Shown here in pieces: positions 1 through 8,029 of a DNA stretch of 64,000 bases. The notes under the pieces are model-generated. The model was not told the origin of the DNA. It saw only the letters and a program-made list of their open reading frames with translations, and did not search any database. Positions within the stretch are counted from its first letter, which is position 1, and every line of letters begins with the position of its first letter. The stretch is from a virus (taxonomy: Duplodnaviria; Caudoviricetes): the IMG/VR virus record IMGVR_UViG_3300025141_000018, one strand, 5' to 3'. A program made the translations under genes and the position numbers.

Positions 1-1
1 A

Positions 2-379
2 GATGTAAACTTACTTGATATAACTTTTGATACAGATACATATCCAGCAACCACACTTACTGCAATTACTGGCATTGTCGATCCTCACATTAATAAACCC
101 GGAGACGGAACACTTGCCGCGGCAACATTAGGACAAAGATATTTGCTTACAAATGATGTAGGTATTATTACTGAATGGAGTTCTTTAGATGCCGATAAAG
201 ATGATATTATAGAATACAACGGATCTGCATGGATTAAAAGTTTTGATGCAAGTGCTACGAGTGCGGTTAATCACTTACTAAACAATGCCGATAGTAAACG
301 ATACAAGTGGACTGGAACTGCTTGGCTTAATGCTATTGAAGGTACTTATAAACCAGGCTACTGGCGAATTTACTTATAA
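2..379 (+). CDS. 3' part (5'-truncated by the window) of a probable tail terminator/sheath-stabiliser (gp15-like) protein with C-terminal extension
   Basis: Frame is open from position 2 (DVNLLDITFDTDTYPATTL...GQRYLLTND...DIIEYNGSAW...GYWRIYL) to TAA at 379, so the listed start at 143 is internal. The function is recalled from the similar C-terminal pattern upstream of Nudix genes in related large myophages. Confidence 0.45.
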   Translation, partial: DVNLLDITFDTDTYPATTLTAITGIVDPHINKPGDGTLAAATLGQRYLLTNDVGIITEWSSLDADKDDIIEYNGSAWIKSFDASATSAVNHLLNNADSKRYKWTGTAWLNAIEGTYKPGYWRIYL

Positions 380-385
380 ACTAAC

Positions 386-853
386 ATGTTATATAAAGCG
401 GCAGGATGTCTTATATATTCGGTATCCACAGAACGATTTTGCCTACAACTTCGAAAAAATAAAAAAGCAAATACTAATTCGTGGGGTACTTGGGGCGGTC
501 AATTAGAACAAAACGAAAAGCCCATGGACGGCATGTTACGTGAAATACAAGAAGAACTTTCTAGAGATATACAAATATCTAAAATAATACATCTAAACAC
601 TTATCGTAATAAAGACTTTTCATATACAAATTATATTATGTTAGTTCGCAACGAATTTATACCTACTTTAAATAGCGAAAGTGATGGATACTCGTGGGTC
701 AATATACATAGCATACCTGCAGGTTTGCACCATGGAACAAAAAGACTTTTCGAAACGGCTAAGATTAGGAAGAAAATTGAAAAAATAACAGGAAATTATA
801 ATATAAACAAGGCATTATACGATTATATTAAAAGAAATGAATTAGGATCGTGA
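386..853 (+). CDS. Nudix hydrolase
   Basis: Nudix box GX5EX7REUXEE seen as GGQLEQNEKPMDGMLREIQEEL. Confidence 0.9.
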   Translation: MLYKAAGCLIYSVSTERFCLQLRKNKKANTNSWGTWGGQLEQNEKPMDGMLREIQEELSRDIQISKIIHLNTYRNKDFSYTNYIMLVRNEFIPTLNSESDGYSWVNIHSIPAGLHHGTKRLFETAKIRKKIEKITGNYNINKALYDYIKRNELGS

Positions 854-1396
854 AGAATTACCACCAAAAGTATCACTTAAATCAACGTTAGTATTACCTA
901 TGGAACCGCCATCTTCTGAGTGTCTATCTGATTGTAAACTACTAAAAGTAACATTAGAAAGAGACTTACCTTGTAAGCCTGCTACGTCACTAACTGCTAA
1001 TGCACTACCAGTTGCTGGCAAAGGATTGTAAGTATCAGGATTACCGGAGTCACCAACATGAATGGTGTTACCATAACTTTCGCCGCCTGCGACAGAATAA
1101 TAAATAAAATTTAATGCGTGGTTAGCTCCTGAATCATATTCAGGAACATAATTTGAACCAACCGCCCATTCAGTATATGCACTAGCAGAGCCAGCCGTGC
1201 CACTAGTTGTTACACCAGTTGTCCAAGTTGACCCGCTGGGCCAGTTTTTAAATTTAAGTGTGTGTCCACTATTACTTGAATGAGACTGATCAAATTTATA
1301 AGTTTTACCTTCGTCAAGGCTAATTGCAGGAGCCTGTTGAGATCCTAAATAAAATTTACTGCCTGAAACAGTAACAACGAACGTAACGTCAGCCAT
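842..1396 (-). CDS. Putative virion-associated protein with a cupredoxin-like beta module
   Basis: VVTVSGSKFYL..APAISLDEGKTYKFDQSHSSNSGHTLKF resembles modules at 14490-14835 and 63680-64000. It is preceded by a late-promoter motif. Confidence 0.5.
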   Translation of the reverse strand: MADVTFVVTVSGSKFYLGSQQAPAISLDEGKTYKFDQSHSSNSGHTLKFKNWPSGSTWTTGVTTSGTAGSASAYTEWAVGSNYVPEYDSGANHALNFIYYSVAGGESYGNTIHVGDSGNPDTYNPLPATGSALAVSDVAGLQGKSLSNVTFSSLQSDRHSEDGGSIGNTNVDLSDTFGGNSSRS

Positions 1397-1416
1397 AAAT
1401 TATTCCTTACTTCTAA

Positions 1417-1424
1417 TATTTATC
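1417..1424 (-). promoter_or_regulatory. T4-like late promoter (GATAAATA)
   Basis: TATTTATC on the + strand, 21 nt upstream of the 842..1396 start. It is a variant of the T4 late consensus TATAAATA. Confidence 0.6.
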
Positions 1425-2523
1425 TGTTCACTTCTTTAATGAATTCGTCCTTTAGCCAATTGTAATCATTTATTAATAACATATTATTATCTTGATTACT
1501 ACCAAATTCCTTACCAGCAATAGCACCTTTAATACAATATTTTCCAAATTTTTCTTCTTCACCTTTTGTACACCATGCATTTAACCGTTCTTCACTTTCA
1601 TTACTATTATTACCAAAGTAATTAGAACCACGTGCAAGTTTTGCACATTCTCTAAATGCAGTACGCCAGGCACTTAATGGGTCAATATTAAATTGATGTA
1701 TATTACTTACTTCTTCTACCTGTACAAAATTTGCCAACGAACTCATTGTCATATCTATATTATCAGAATGTAACGTTTCTAATATTGATTTAGGCATTAA
1801 TTTAACTGCTCCATGGCCATATACTAATCCATTTATAGGATTTTTTGCTTGCCAAATATAAACTGTATTATTACGTTTACTTTCGGGTGGTTGATAATCA
1901 AATTCAAATGTATCTAGTAACCTTGCATCGGCATCAATAATCCATACCATTTCTGAATTAGACTGTCTACCAACTTCTTTATGTGCATTTATAATACCAG
2001 TAATTTGCTCTATTCTTTTTGCTGATGGTGCTTTATATTTTAATAATTTAAAATTTACATCAGCATATCGTTCATCGTAAGATAAAAATGCAACATCAAA
2101 ATTAGAACTACTTACACTGGCTCCGTATTCTTTTTTAACTTTAGATAAAGATAATAATTTAGCATGGGGTAGATTAGGAATTAAACGTACACAATCCCAT
2201 GTAATAACTTTTCCTGTTGCAGAACTTGTGCGAGGAAATTCCCATATATGATTCATTGCAACAGATTTACGAGGACGCCAGTGCCAAGGAAAATCACTAC
2301 GTATGTTATATTTTTTATTAATTAACCAAATTAAATCTGTTTTTGCTTCTGGTATATTTGACAAATCCGTAACTGTCTCTACATAAATTTTTTCTGCATT
2401 GTTTAAACTTATTGATTTCCATACAAGTCTATCAATAGTAAAAGGATTATCAGGATACTCTAATATTGTATTATGTGTTAACCGTTTGCGAGTTGTTATA
2501 TTAGTCCAAATATTGTTCTTCAT
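1420..2523 (-). CDS. Putative GT-A fold glycosyltransferase
   Basis: C-terminal domain FDVAFLSYDE...AHKEV...MVWIIDADA carries a DxD motif. It lies in an operon with other GTs. Confidence 0.6.
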   Translation of the reverse strand: MKNNIWTNITTRKRLTHNTILEYPDNPFTIDRLVWKSISLNNAEKIYVETVTDLSNIPEAKTDLIWLINKKYNIRSDFPWHWRPRKSVAMNHIWEFPRTSSATGKVITWDCVRLIPNLPHAKLLSLSKVKKEYGASVSSSNFDVAFLSYDERYADVNFKLLKYKAPSAKRIEQITGIINAHKEVGRQSNSEMVWIIDADARLLDTFEFDYQPPESKRNNTVYIWQAKNPINGLVYGHGAVKLMPKSILETLHSDNIDMTMSSLANFVQVEEVSNIHQFNIDPLSAWRTAFRECAKLARGSNYFGNNSNESEERLNAWCTKGEEEKFGKYCIKGAIAGKEFGSNQDNNMLLINDYNWLKDEFIKEVNR

Positions 2524-3115
2524 TTATATCTCTATAGGAAAATGCTTTTATGCCGATATGTTGTAATTGTTGACTTACATCTTTATCACAATAAACTTTC
2601 ATTAAGGTTTTTTTACAAAAATATATATCTTCTCCGTGTTCGGGAGTAAATTGAAACCAAGGTGGTTCTGTTTGCTTGAACGTATTTATTGATATCAACA
2701 TACACCCCATTCCACATGCTTCTATTTCAAATAACTTAGGCCCGTTCTTACTAATATGTACTCTATCAAAGGAATTAGTTGAATATGAATAAAAGCCAGT
2801 ACTATTAATTGGGGGATACCGAGTAGGATATATGCCTGCCACTATATCTTTATTATGTGCTAAAAATAGTTCTATTAAATTATCTGGAAATATAATATCA
2901 CCATCTAACCATAAAATATGCGTGGCATCAAGTTGTATAGCATCCTTAACAAGTTCATTTCGATTACGTGCTAAATCACTACCTGATCTTATTTTAAGAT
3001 GTATATCAAGTCCGATTCTTCCTGCTCGTAAAAATAACTTTGCTAGTCTATCAGCAAATTGTGCATAAACTTGATCATGAACAGGAATACATACACAAAT
3101 TCTAAGTTGTTCCAC
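2501..3115 (-). CDS. GT2-like glycosyltransferase
   Basis: CVCIP start, ARNRNELV, HILWLDGDIIFP (DxD), CGMGCMLI and GEDIYFC are typical GT2/GT-A motifs. Confidence 0.75.
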   Translation of the reverse strand: MEQLRICVCIPVHDQVYAQFADRLAKLFLRAGRIGLDIHLKIRSGSDLARNRNELVKDAIQLDATHILWLDGDIIFPDNLIELFLAHNKDIVAGIYPTRYPPINSTGFYSYSTNSFDRVHISKNGPKLFEIEACGMGCMLISINTFKQTEPPWFQFTPEHGEDIYFCKKTLMKVYCDKDVSQQLQHIGIKAFSYRDINEEQYLD

Positions 3116-3566
3116 TTGTAAGTGCTAATTCTATATCTTTAATTTCTTTATTCATGGCTGTAACTTTTAGCAAACATTCTCTAATAGTTCTATACATAAC
3201 ATTATTAGGCAGGCATGCAATAGCATCCATTGTTTCTGGTTGCAATTTACCAATAGTTAAAATATCAATAGCACCCATTTTGCCAAGTTTTTCAACCCAA
3301 TACTGTTCTTCCTCATCTTCAAGTTGTCCTAATATTTCATTAGTACCTGATCCATCAGGTACAAGATCATTTAAAATTTCTTGAAATATTTCTATTTCAA
3401 CTTCTGCGGTAGCATCACCTTGCATTTCAAGTTTTTCAATCTCTTGAACTATCGAAGCAATTTTCCTTGCTAATCCAGGATGCCTGCCTAATAATAAATG
3501 TTCAATTTCAAATCTTGTTCGATGAGGAACAAACTGAATTTCTTCCCATTTTTTCTCAGTGCTCAT
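3102..3566 (-). CDS. Hypothetical helical protein in the GT operon
   Basis: 154-aa ORF with overlapping start/stop junctions to both neighbours. No motif recognised. Confidence 0.6.
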   Translation of the reverse strand: MSTEKKWEEIQFVPHRTRFEIEHLLLGRHPGLARKIASIVQEIEKLEMQGDATAEVEIEIFQEILNDLVPDGSGTNEILGQLEDEEEQYWVEKLGKMGAIDILTIGKLQPETMDAIACLPNNVMYRTIRECLLKVTAMNKEIKDIELALTSGTT

Positions 3567-4471
3567 TTCTTTTCCTTTGTTTTTTTGTTTTGATTCTTCT
3601 CTTGCAATACCTTTTGCAAATTATCTATAACATCTTTTGGTTCTACTTTAATTTCTGTAGGACTTAAACTTTGCATATTTGTATGTAGATTATGTCCTAT
3701 CATTGTCGGTGTTGTTGTGGTCCCCCAAACTACAACTCCTTTTTTACGATATTGACGTGCCGCGGCAAAATGATGTAAACTCGAATCAATAGCAAAAAAT
3801 GTTTCTGCTTTTTCAACTAAAGCCGCAAATACCATTGCATTCGTTTGAGCAGTTAATACTCGCTTTTGCATTTCGGCGGGAATCTGTACTGGTTCGTTTG
3901 GTAACGCATATAAGAAAAATTTATAATTTTTAAATTCTTCACCTAATGCAAGAATCATATCATAATAATTTTGTAAGTTTCTTCCTTGCGTCATTGCATT
4001 ATGTGTATAACCTTTATTTTGTACATAATGATTATCTGCTGGTTGCCCGCCGGTAACTTGTAGCATTATAAATTTTTCTTGAATAAACTTATCATATATA
4101 TTTTTTGCTTCGCCGATCCATTGTGGATTTATAAACATATCTGGTTGCATATCCATACCGGCAGTATCTAATTCAAAACCAAATAATCTAGCCCATTCTT
4201 TTACTATATGCCTATCACGTTTAGCATATTGTGATACATATGGTTCTCTAAAAATAATATCATCAAAATATTCTGCAATATCATGTCTTAAATCTCCACC
4301 TGTCCATTGTGGTGCTGAATTAATTTTTGGATGAAATTTAAATACTTCTGGAAATCCACATGCTATGGATATTTTATTATTATCTTGTTTTGCAAAAACA
4401 TCTATAAGAGAGGAAAATAACACACATTTACCTAAGCCGCCGTGTGCAACATAAAGATTAGTTTTTTTCAT
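3563..4471 (-). CDS. GT9-like (heptosyltransferase-type, GT-B) glycosyltransferase
   Basis: N-terminal HGGLGKCVLFSSLI and C-terminal FFAIDSSLHHFAAA..KKGVVVWG match the GT9 patterns GG(I/L)GD and DSG..H.A.A....V..WG. Confidence 0.7.
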   Translation of the reverse strand: MKKTNLYVAHGGLGKCVLFSSLIDVFAKQDNNKISIACGFPEVFKFHPKINSAPQWTGGDLRHDIAEYFDDIIFREPYVSQYAKRDRHIVKEWARLFGFELDTAGMDMQPDMFINPQWIGEAKNIYDKFIQEKFIMLQVTGGQPADNHYVQNKGYTHNAMTQGRNLQNYYDMILALGEEFKNYKFFLYALPNEPVQIPAEMQKRVLTAQTNAMVFAALVEKAETFFAIDSSLHHFAAARQYRKKGVVVWGTTTTPTMIGHNLHTNMQSLSPTEIKVEPKDVIDNLQKVLQEKNQNKKTKEKK

Positions 4472-4797
4472 ATACTAGGATTAGGATTTTGGCCCTTTAT
4501 TAGACGTTCTATTTTTTTCCATAATTGATCATACATTTTTGACATATGTTCTATATCTTTAATTAATGATTTGTTTGTTTTTTTAAGTTCTTTTATTTTT
4601 TGAGATTGTTCGTTTAATGCATCAATTACCATTTCATTAGTAACAGTTTCTTTATCAATTTGATTTATTAACTCAGTTGCATTTCTGATTACAACACCAG
4701 TTTCGGCTTTACTTGATTTATATCTTAATACTAATAGATTAATTTGATTGTCATCTGCAACAGATAATAAGTCTTCTATCCATTTGGAATCGTTCAT
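4468..4797 (-). CDS. Hypothetical coiled-coil protein, first gene of the GT operon
   Basis: 109-aa ORF with a heptad-rich C-half and an ATGA overlap with the next gene. Confidence 0.6.
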   Translation of the reverse strand: MNDSKWIEDLLSVADDNQINLLVLRYKSSKAETGVVIRNATELINQIDKETVTNEMVIDALNEQSQKIKELKKTNKSLIKDIEHMSKMYDQLWKKIERLIKGQNPNPSI

Positions 4798-4800
4798 ATA

Positions 4801-4829
4801 ATTATAACAAAAATATAGTAATTAGTCAA
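4801..4829 (-). promoter_or_regulatory. Sigma70-type promoter TTGACT-N17-TATAAT driving the GT operon
   Basis: agtcaa at 4824-4829 and attata at 4801-4806 on the + strand, with a 17-nt spacer, immediately upstream of the ATG at 4797. Confidence 0.7.
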
Positions 4830-7800
4830 CTTCTTTGTTAGGCGGTATGTACCAGGTTAATTCGTCAATTTTTGCTTTTAACTCTTGTATTTTACTAGTT
4901 TGAGCATTAATAGCATTGACCAACAACGGAATTACTTTTTCATATTTAATTGTTAAGTAATCTTCACCTGATTTTGAACTACCATCTTCAGCAATATCAA
5001 ACGGTGCTGGTACTACTACTTCTGGTAATATTTTTTGTACTTCTTGTGCTATTAAACCAACTTGTCGTTTATCAGAATCATATCCAAATAACTTTGCTTC
5101 GTCGTTATTTTTATAATATACGCCTGATATTTCCTTTAATACATCGGCGGCATCTTTACCTTCAACATCTTGTCCCGGACCATCAGGTTCAATTTCTTTT
5201 AATCGTCTATCAGAATAGTATGCTGTAATTTCGCTTGTTGCACGAACTTCTCCGTTTACTGTCAACACTCCACTTGCAAGTGCCATCAAATCAGTATCAG
5301 AAGTATGTCCAATATTAGTACTGTCAATTTTAACATTATCTACCGTTAATGCAGTCAATGTTCCTACTGATGTAATCTGGGTCTGTGCCGCATTTACACT
5401 TAAAGTATTCGTTGATAATGTTAAGCCTGTCCCTGCACTAAGAGCAGTCTTAGACATCGCTAATCCAGATATAGTAGTAGCATTTCCAGAGGAAGTTACA
5501 TCACCGGTTAGGTTTGCATTCGTTACAACAGTTGCCGCATTGCCTACACTTGTTACCCCACCTGTTAGATTTGCGTTTGTTACAACAGTTGCCGCATTAC
5601 CTACACTTGTTACCCCACCTGTTAGATTTGCGTTTGTTACAACAGTTGCCGCATTGCCTACACTTGTTACCCCACCTGTTAAGTTAGCATTAGTTGTGAC
5701 TGTATCTGCATTTCCAGTTAAATCTCCTGTTACATTTCCTTCAAGATGTGCAACGATTGTTCCTTTTACTCCAGAGGCAACCTCTGAGGTTAATGTTGCA
5801 TCTGGTATGAAAATAAGTTTACTAGTAGAATCATCATATCCAAGAAATGCAGTTTTTGCGGCTGATCCATTGTGATACTGCATTGCAAGACCAACATCTT
5901 TATTTGTATCAGCGGCTAACGCACCTCCACCGGAAGCAGTTTGGAGATGAATAATTGGATCGACCACTGTCATTGTTGTACTATCTATTGTGTAATTTGT
6001 TCCTGATACTGTAAAATCGCCAGTTACTGTTAAATCTTGAGATACAGAAACATTTCCGGTTGCATCGATTGCAATAGCATCAGTATCAGAAGCGGAACCT
6101 ATGGTTCCAGCATCCTTTATTACAATATTTCCGCCAAAATATCCATCACATGCTACACTAAGTCCGCCATCTGATTGTAACGCACCATTAGTTGTAGATG
6201 TTGCATTTGTAGTATCATCTGTAAGTATTCTTCCTGTTGCGGTAATAGTTGTTCCACTGAATATTGCTTTAGCGGAACTTATACCACCATCAGTTTGTAT
6301 TGAACCATCTGTACCACTTGTTGCATCTGTTGTGTCATCACTAAGTATTCTGCCAGTTGCAGTAATGGTTGTTCCACCGAATATTGCTTTAGCAGAACTT
6401 ATTCCGCCATCTGTTTGCAATGCACCATCTGTTCCACTTGTTGCATCTGTTGTGCTATCGCTAATTATCCGACCAGTTGCAGTTATTTTACCTGCGGCAA
6501 ATACATCACATGCGGCACTTATACCACCATCTGTTTGCAATGCACCATCAGTTCCGGTTGTTGCATTTGTTGTGCTATCGCTAATTATCCGACCAGTTGC
6601 AGTTATTTTACCTGCGGCAAATACATCACATGCGGCACTTAATCCGCCATCTGTTTGCAATGCACCATCAGTTCCGGTTGTTGCATTTGTTGTATCATTT
6701 GTAAGTATTCGACCAGTTGCAGTTATTTTACCTGCGGCAAATACATCACATGCGGCACTTATACCACCATCAGTTTGTATTGATCCATCTGTTCCAGTTG
6801 TTGCATTTGTTGTGCTATCGCTAATTATTTTGCCAGTGACTGTTACTTGTCCGCCAATATATCCATCACATACTACACTAAGTCCACCGTCAGTTTGTAT
6901 TGATCCATCTGTTGTGTCTGTTGCGTTTGTTGTGCTATCACTAAGTAATCTGCCAGTTGCGGTTATCTTACCTGCGGCAAATACATCACATACTACACTA
7001 AGTCCACCGTCAGTTTGTATTGATCCATCTGTTCCAGTTGTTGCATTTGTTGTGCTATCACTAATTATTCGACTACCACCTACAATACAAGAAGTTGCAG
7101 TAATAAGTCCGGTTTGATCAATACATAATTGCTTAGTACCAGCAGTATAAAATTCTAAATCATCGGAATCTGATGATACCTCAGCACAAATATATGTGTC
7201 CTGATCAATATCAATTAATCCACCGAGGGAGCCCCAAGCAGATCCACTATAACCTTCAAATGAGCTTGTTGTAGTATTGTATCTTACTCCGCCTTGTGTC
7301 GGTGATGCATCTCGTTCAACAGTTGTACCAACCGGTAATACCAATGAATTAGTACCTTCAACAACTACGTTTCCAGTACCGTTTGGATCAAGATTTATAT
7401 TACCATCTGTATCTGTACTTTGTATATCGTTTAAATTAGTAGGATCAAATTGTACATTCGTAGCGGTATCGCCAGCACCTGATTCTGGAACTCCTGTGTT
7501 ACCAGTATAACGTGATCCTTTAACATATATCTTTTTACCACTTAATGCACCCGGTATACTTGTACCAATAAAGTTTAAAACACCTGCATCATAATCAAAA
7601 AACCATTCGTAGCCTGATTCACCACCAAGTAATTGTGTACCGCCTGTTTCTGGATCTGTTTGTCCAGCATCGTCGGCGTATACTTTTACTAAGTAAGTGG
7701 ATCCATACGAAGTATCAATCCAATCTGTTAAACCTGTTTTCCATGATCTTTGTGATGTTGCAGTTGCATCTTCTGTACATTCAACAGTTGCACTTGAACT

Positions 7801-8019
7801 TCCACCATCTGAATATACAGTAACAACACCGGCAGTAGCACTTGGTTGAACACCAGGAATGTCTCCAGATTGTGCCCATATTACTGAGCTATTAATTCTT
7901 GATACGGCAGGAATGGCCTCGTTAGGTCCACCTTTAACAGAAGATATATCTGTTTTCGCGGCTTTAAATCCGAGCTTCTTCCATAAAAAGTCTATCTTTT
8001 GATCACTTGTAATTGCCAT
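4822..8019 (-). CDS. Tail fibre protein with internal repeats and C-terminal intramolecular chaperone (peptidase S74)
   Basis: YYSDRRLK...LKEISGVYY...VGLIAQEVQKILPEVV...IKYEKVIPLLVNAI is the S74 signature. Gly/Thr-rich repeats. Confidence 0.85.
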   Translation of the reverse strand: MAITSDQKIDFLWKKLGFKAAKTDISSVKGGPNEAIPAVSRINSSVIWAQSGDIPGVQPSATAGVVTVYSDGGSSSATVECTEDATATSQRSWKTGLTDWIDTSYGSTYLVKVYADDAGQTDPETGGTQLLGGESGYEWFFDYDAGVLNFIGTSIPGALSGKKIYVKGSRYTGNTGVPESGAGDTATNVQFDPTNLNDIQSTDTDGNINLDPNGTGNVVVEGTNSLVLPVGTTVERDASPTQGGVRYNTTTSSFEGYSGSAWGSLGGLIDIDQDTYICAEVSSDSDDLEFYTAGTKQLCIDQTGLITATSCIVGGSRIISDSTTNATTGTDGSIQTDGGLSVVCDVFAAGKITATGRLLSDSTTNATDTTDGSIQTDGGLSVVCDGYIGGQVTVTGKIISDSTTNATTGTDGSIQTDGGISAACDVFAAGKITATGRILTNDTTNATTGTDGALQTDGGLSAACDVFAAGKITATGRIISDSTTNATTGTDGALQTDGGISAACDVFAAGKITATGRIISDSTTDATSGTDGALQTDGGISSAKAIFGGTTITATGRILSDDTTDATSGTDGSIQTDGGISSAKAIFSGTTITATGRILTDDTTNATSTTNGALQSDGGLSVACDGYFGGNIVIKDAGTIGSASDTDAIAIDATGNVSVSQDLTVTGDFTVSGTNYTIDSTTMTVVDPIIHLQTASGGGALAADTNKDVGLAMQYHNGSAAKTAFLGYDDSTSKLIFIPDATLTSEVASGVKGTIVAHLEGNVTGDLTGNADTVTTNANLTGGVTSVGNAATVVTNANLTGGVTSVGNAATVVTNANLTGGVTSVGNAATVVTNANLTGDVTSSGNATTISGLAMSKTALSAGTGLTLSTNTLSVNAAQTQITSVGTLTALTVDNVKIDSTNIGHTSDTDLMALASGVLTVNGEVRATSEITAYYSDRRLKEIEPDGPGQDVEGKDAADVLKEISGVYYKNNDEAKLFGYDSDKRQVGLIAQEVQKILPEVVVPAPFDIAEDGSSKSGEDYLTIKYEKVIPLLVNAINAQTSKIQELKAKIDELTWYIPPNKEVD
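5465..5700 (-). repeat. 57-nt (19-aa) coding tandem repeat, about 4 copies, VTNANLTGGVTSVGNAATV
   Basis: gttacaacagttgccgcat recurs at 5522, 5579 and 5636. Confidence 0.95.
6120..7075 (-). repeat. 120-nt (40-aa) coding tandem repeat, 8 copies, ATGRIISDSTTNATTGTDGALQTDGGISAACDVFAAGKIT
   Basis: Lines 6481, 6601 and 6721 begin with an identical 40-nt string. Eight units are visible in the translation. Confidence 0.95.
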
Positions 8020-8029
8020 TCATGTTTCC

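Noticed and set aside
5465-7075. CRISPR-like arrays
   Set aside because: The 57- and 120-nt units are contiguous, in-frame coding repeats with no unique spacers and no cas genes.
6101-7117. Long antisense ORFs (also 5540..5875, 24025..24411, 29085..29519 and similar)
   Set aside because: Shadows of repetitive Thr/Gly- or Glu/Asp-rich sense genes, with no RBS or promoter support.
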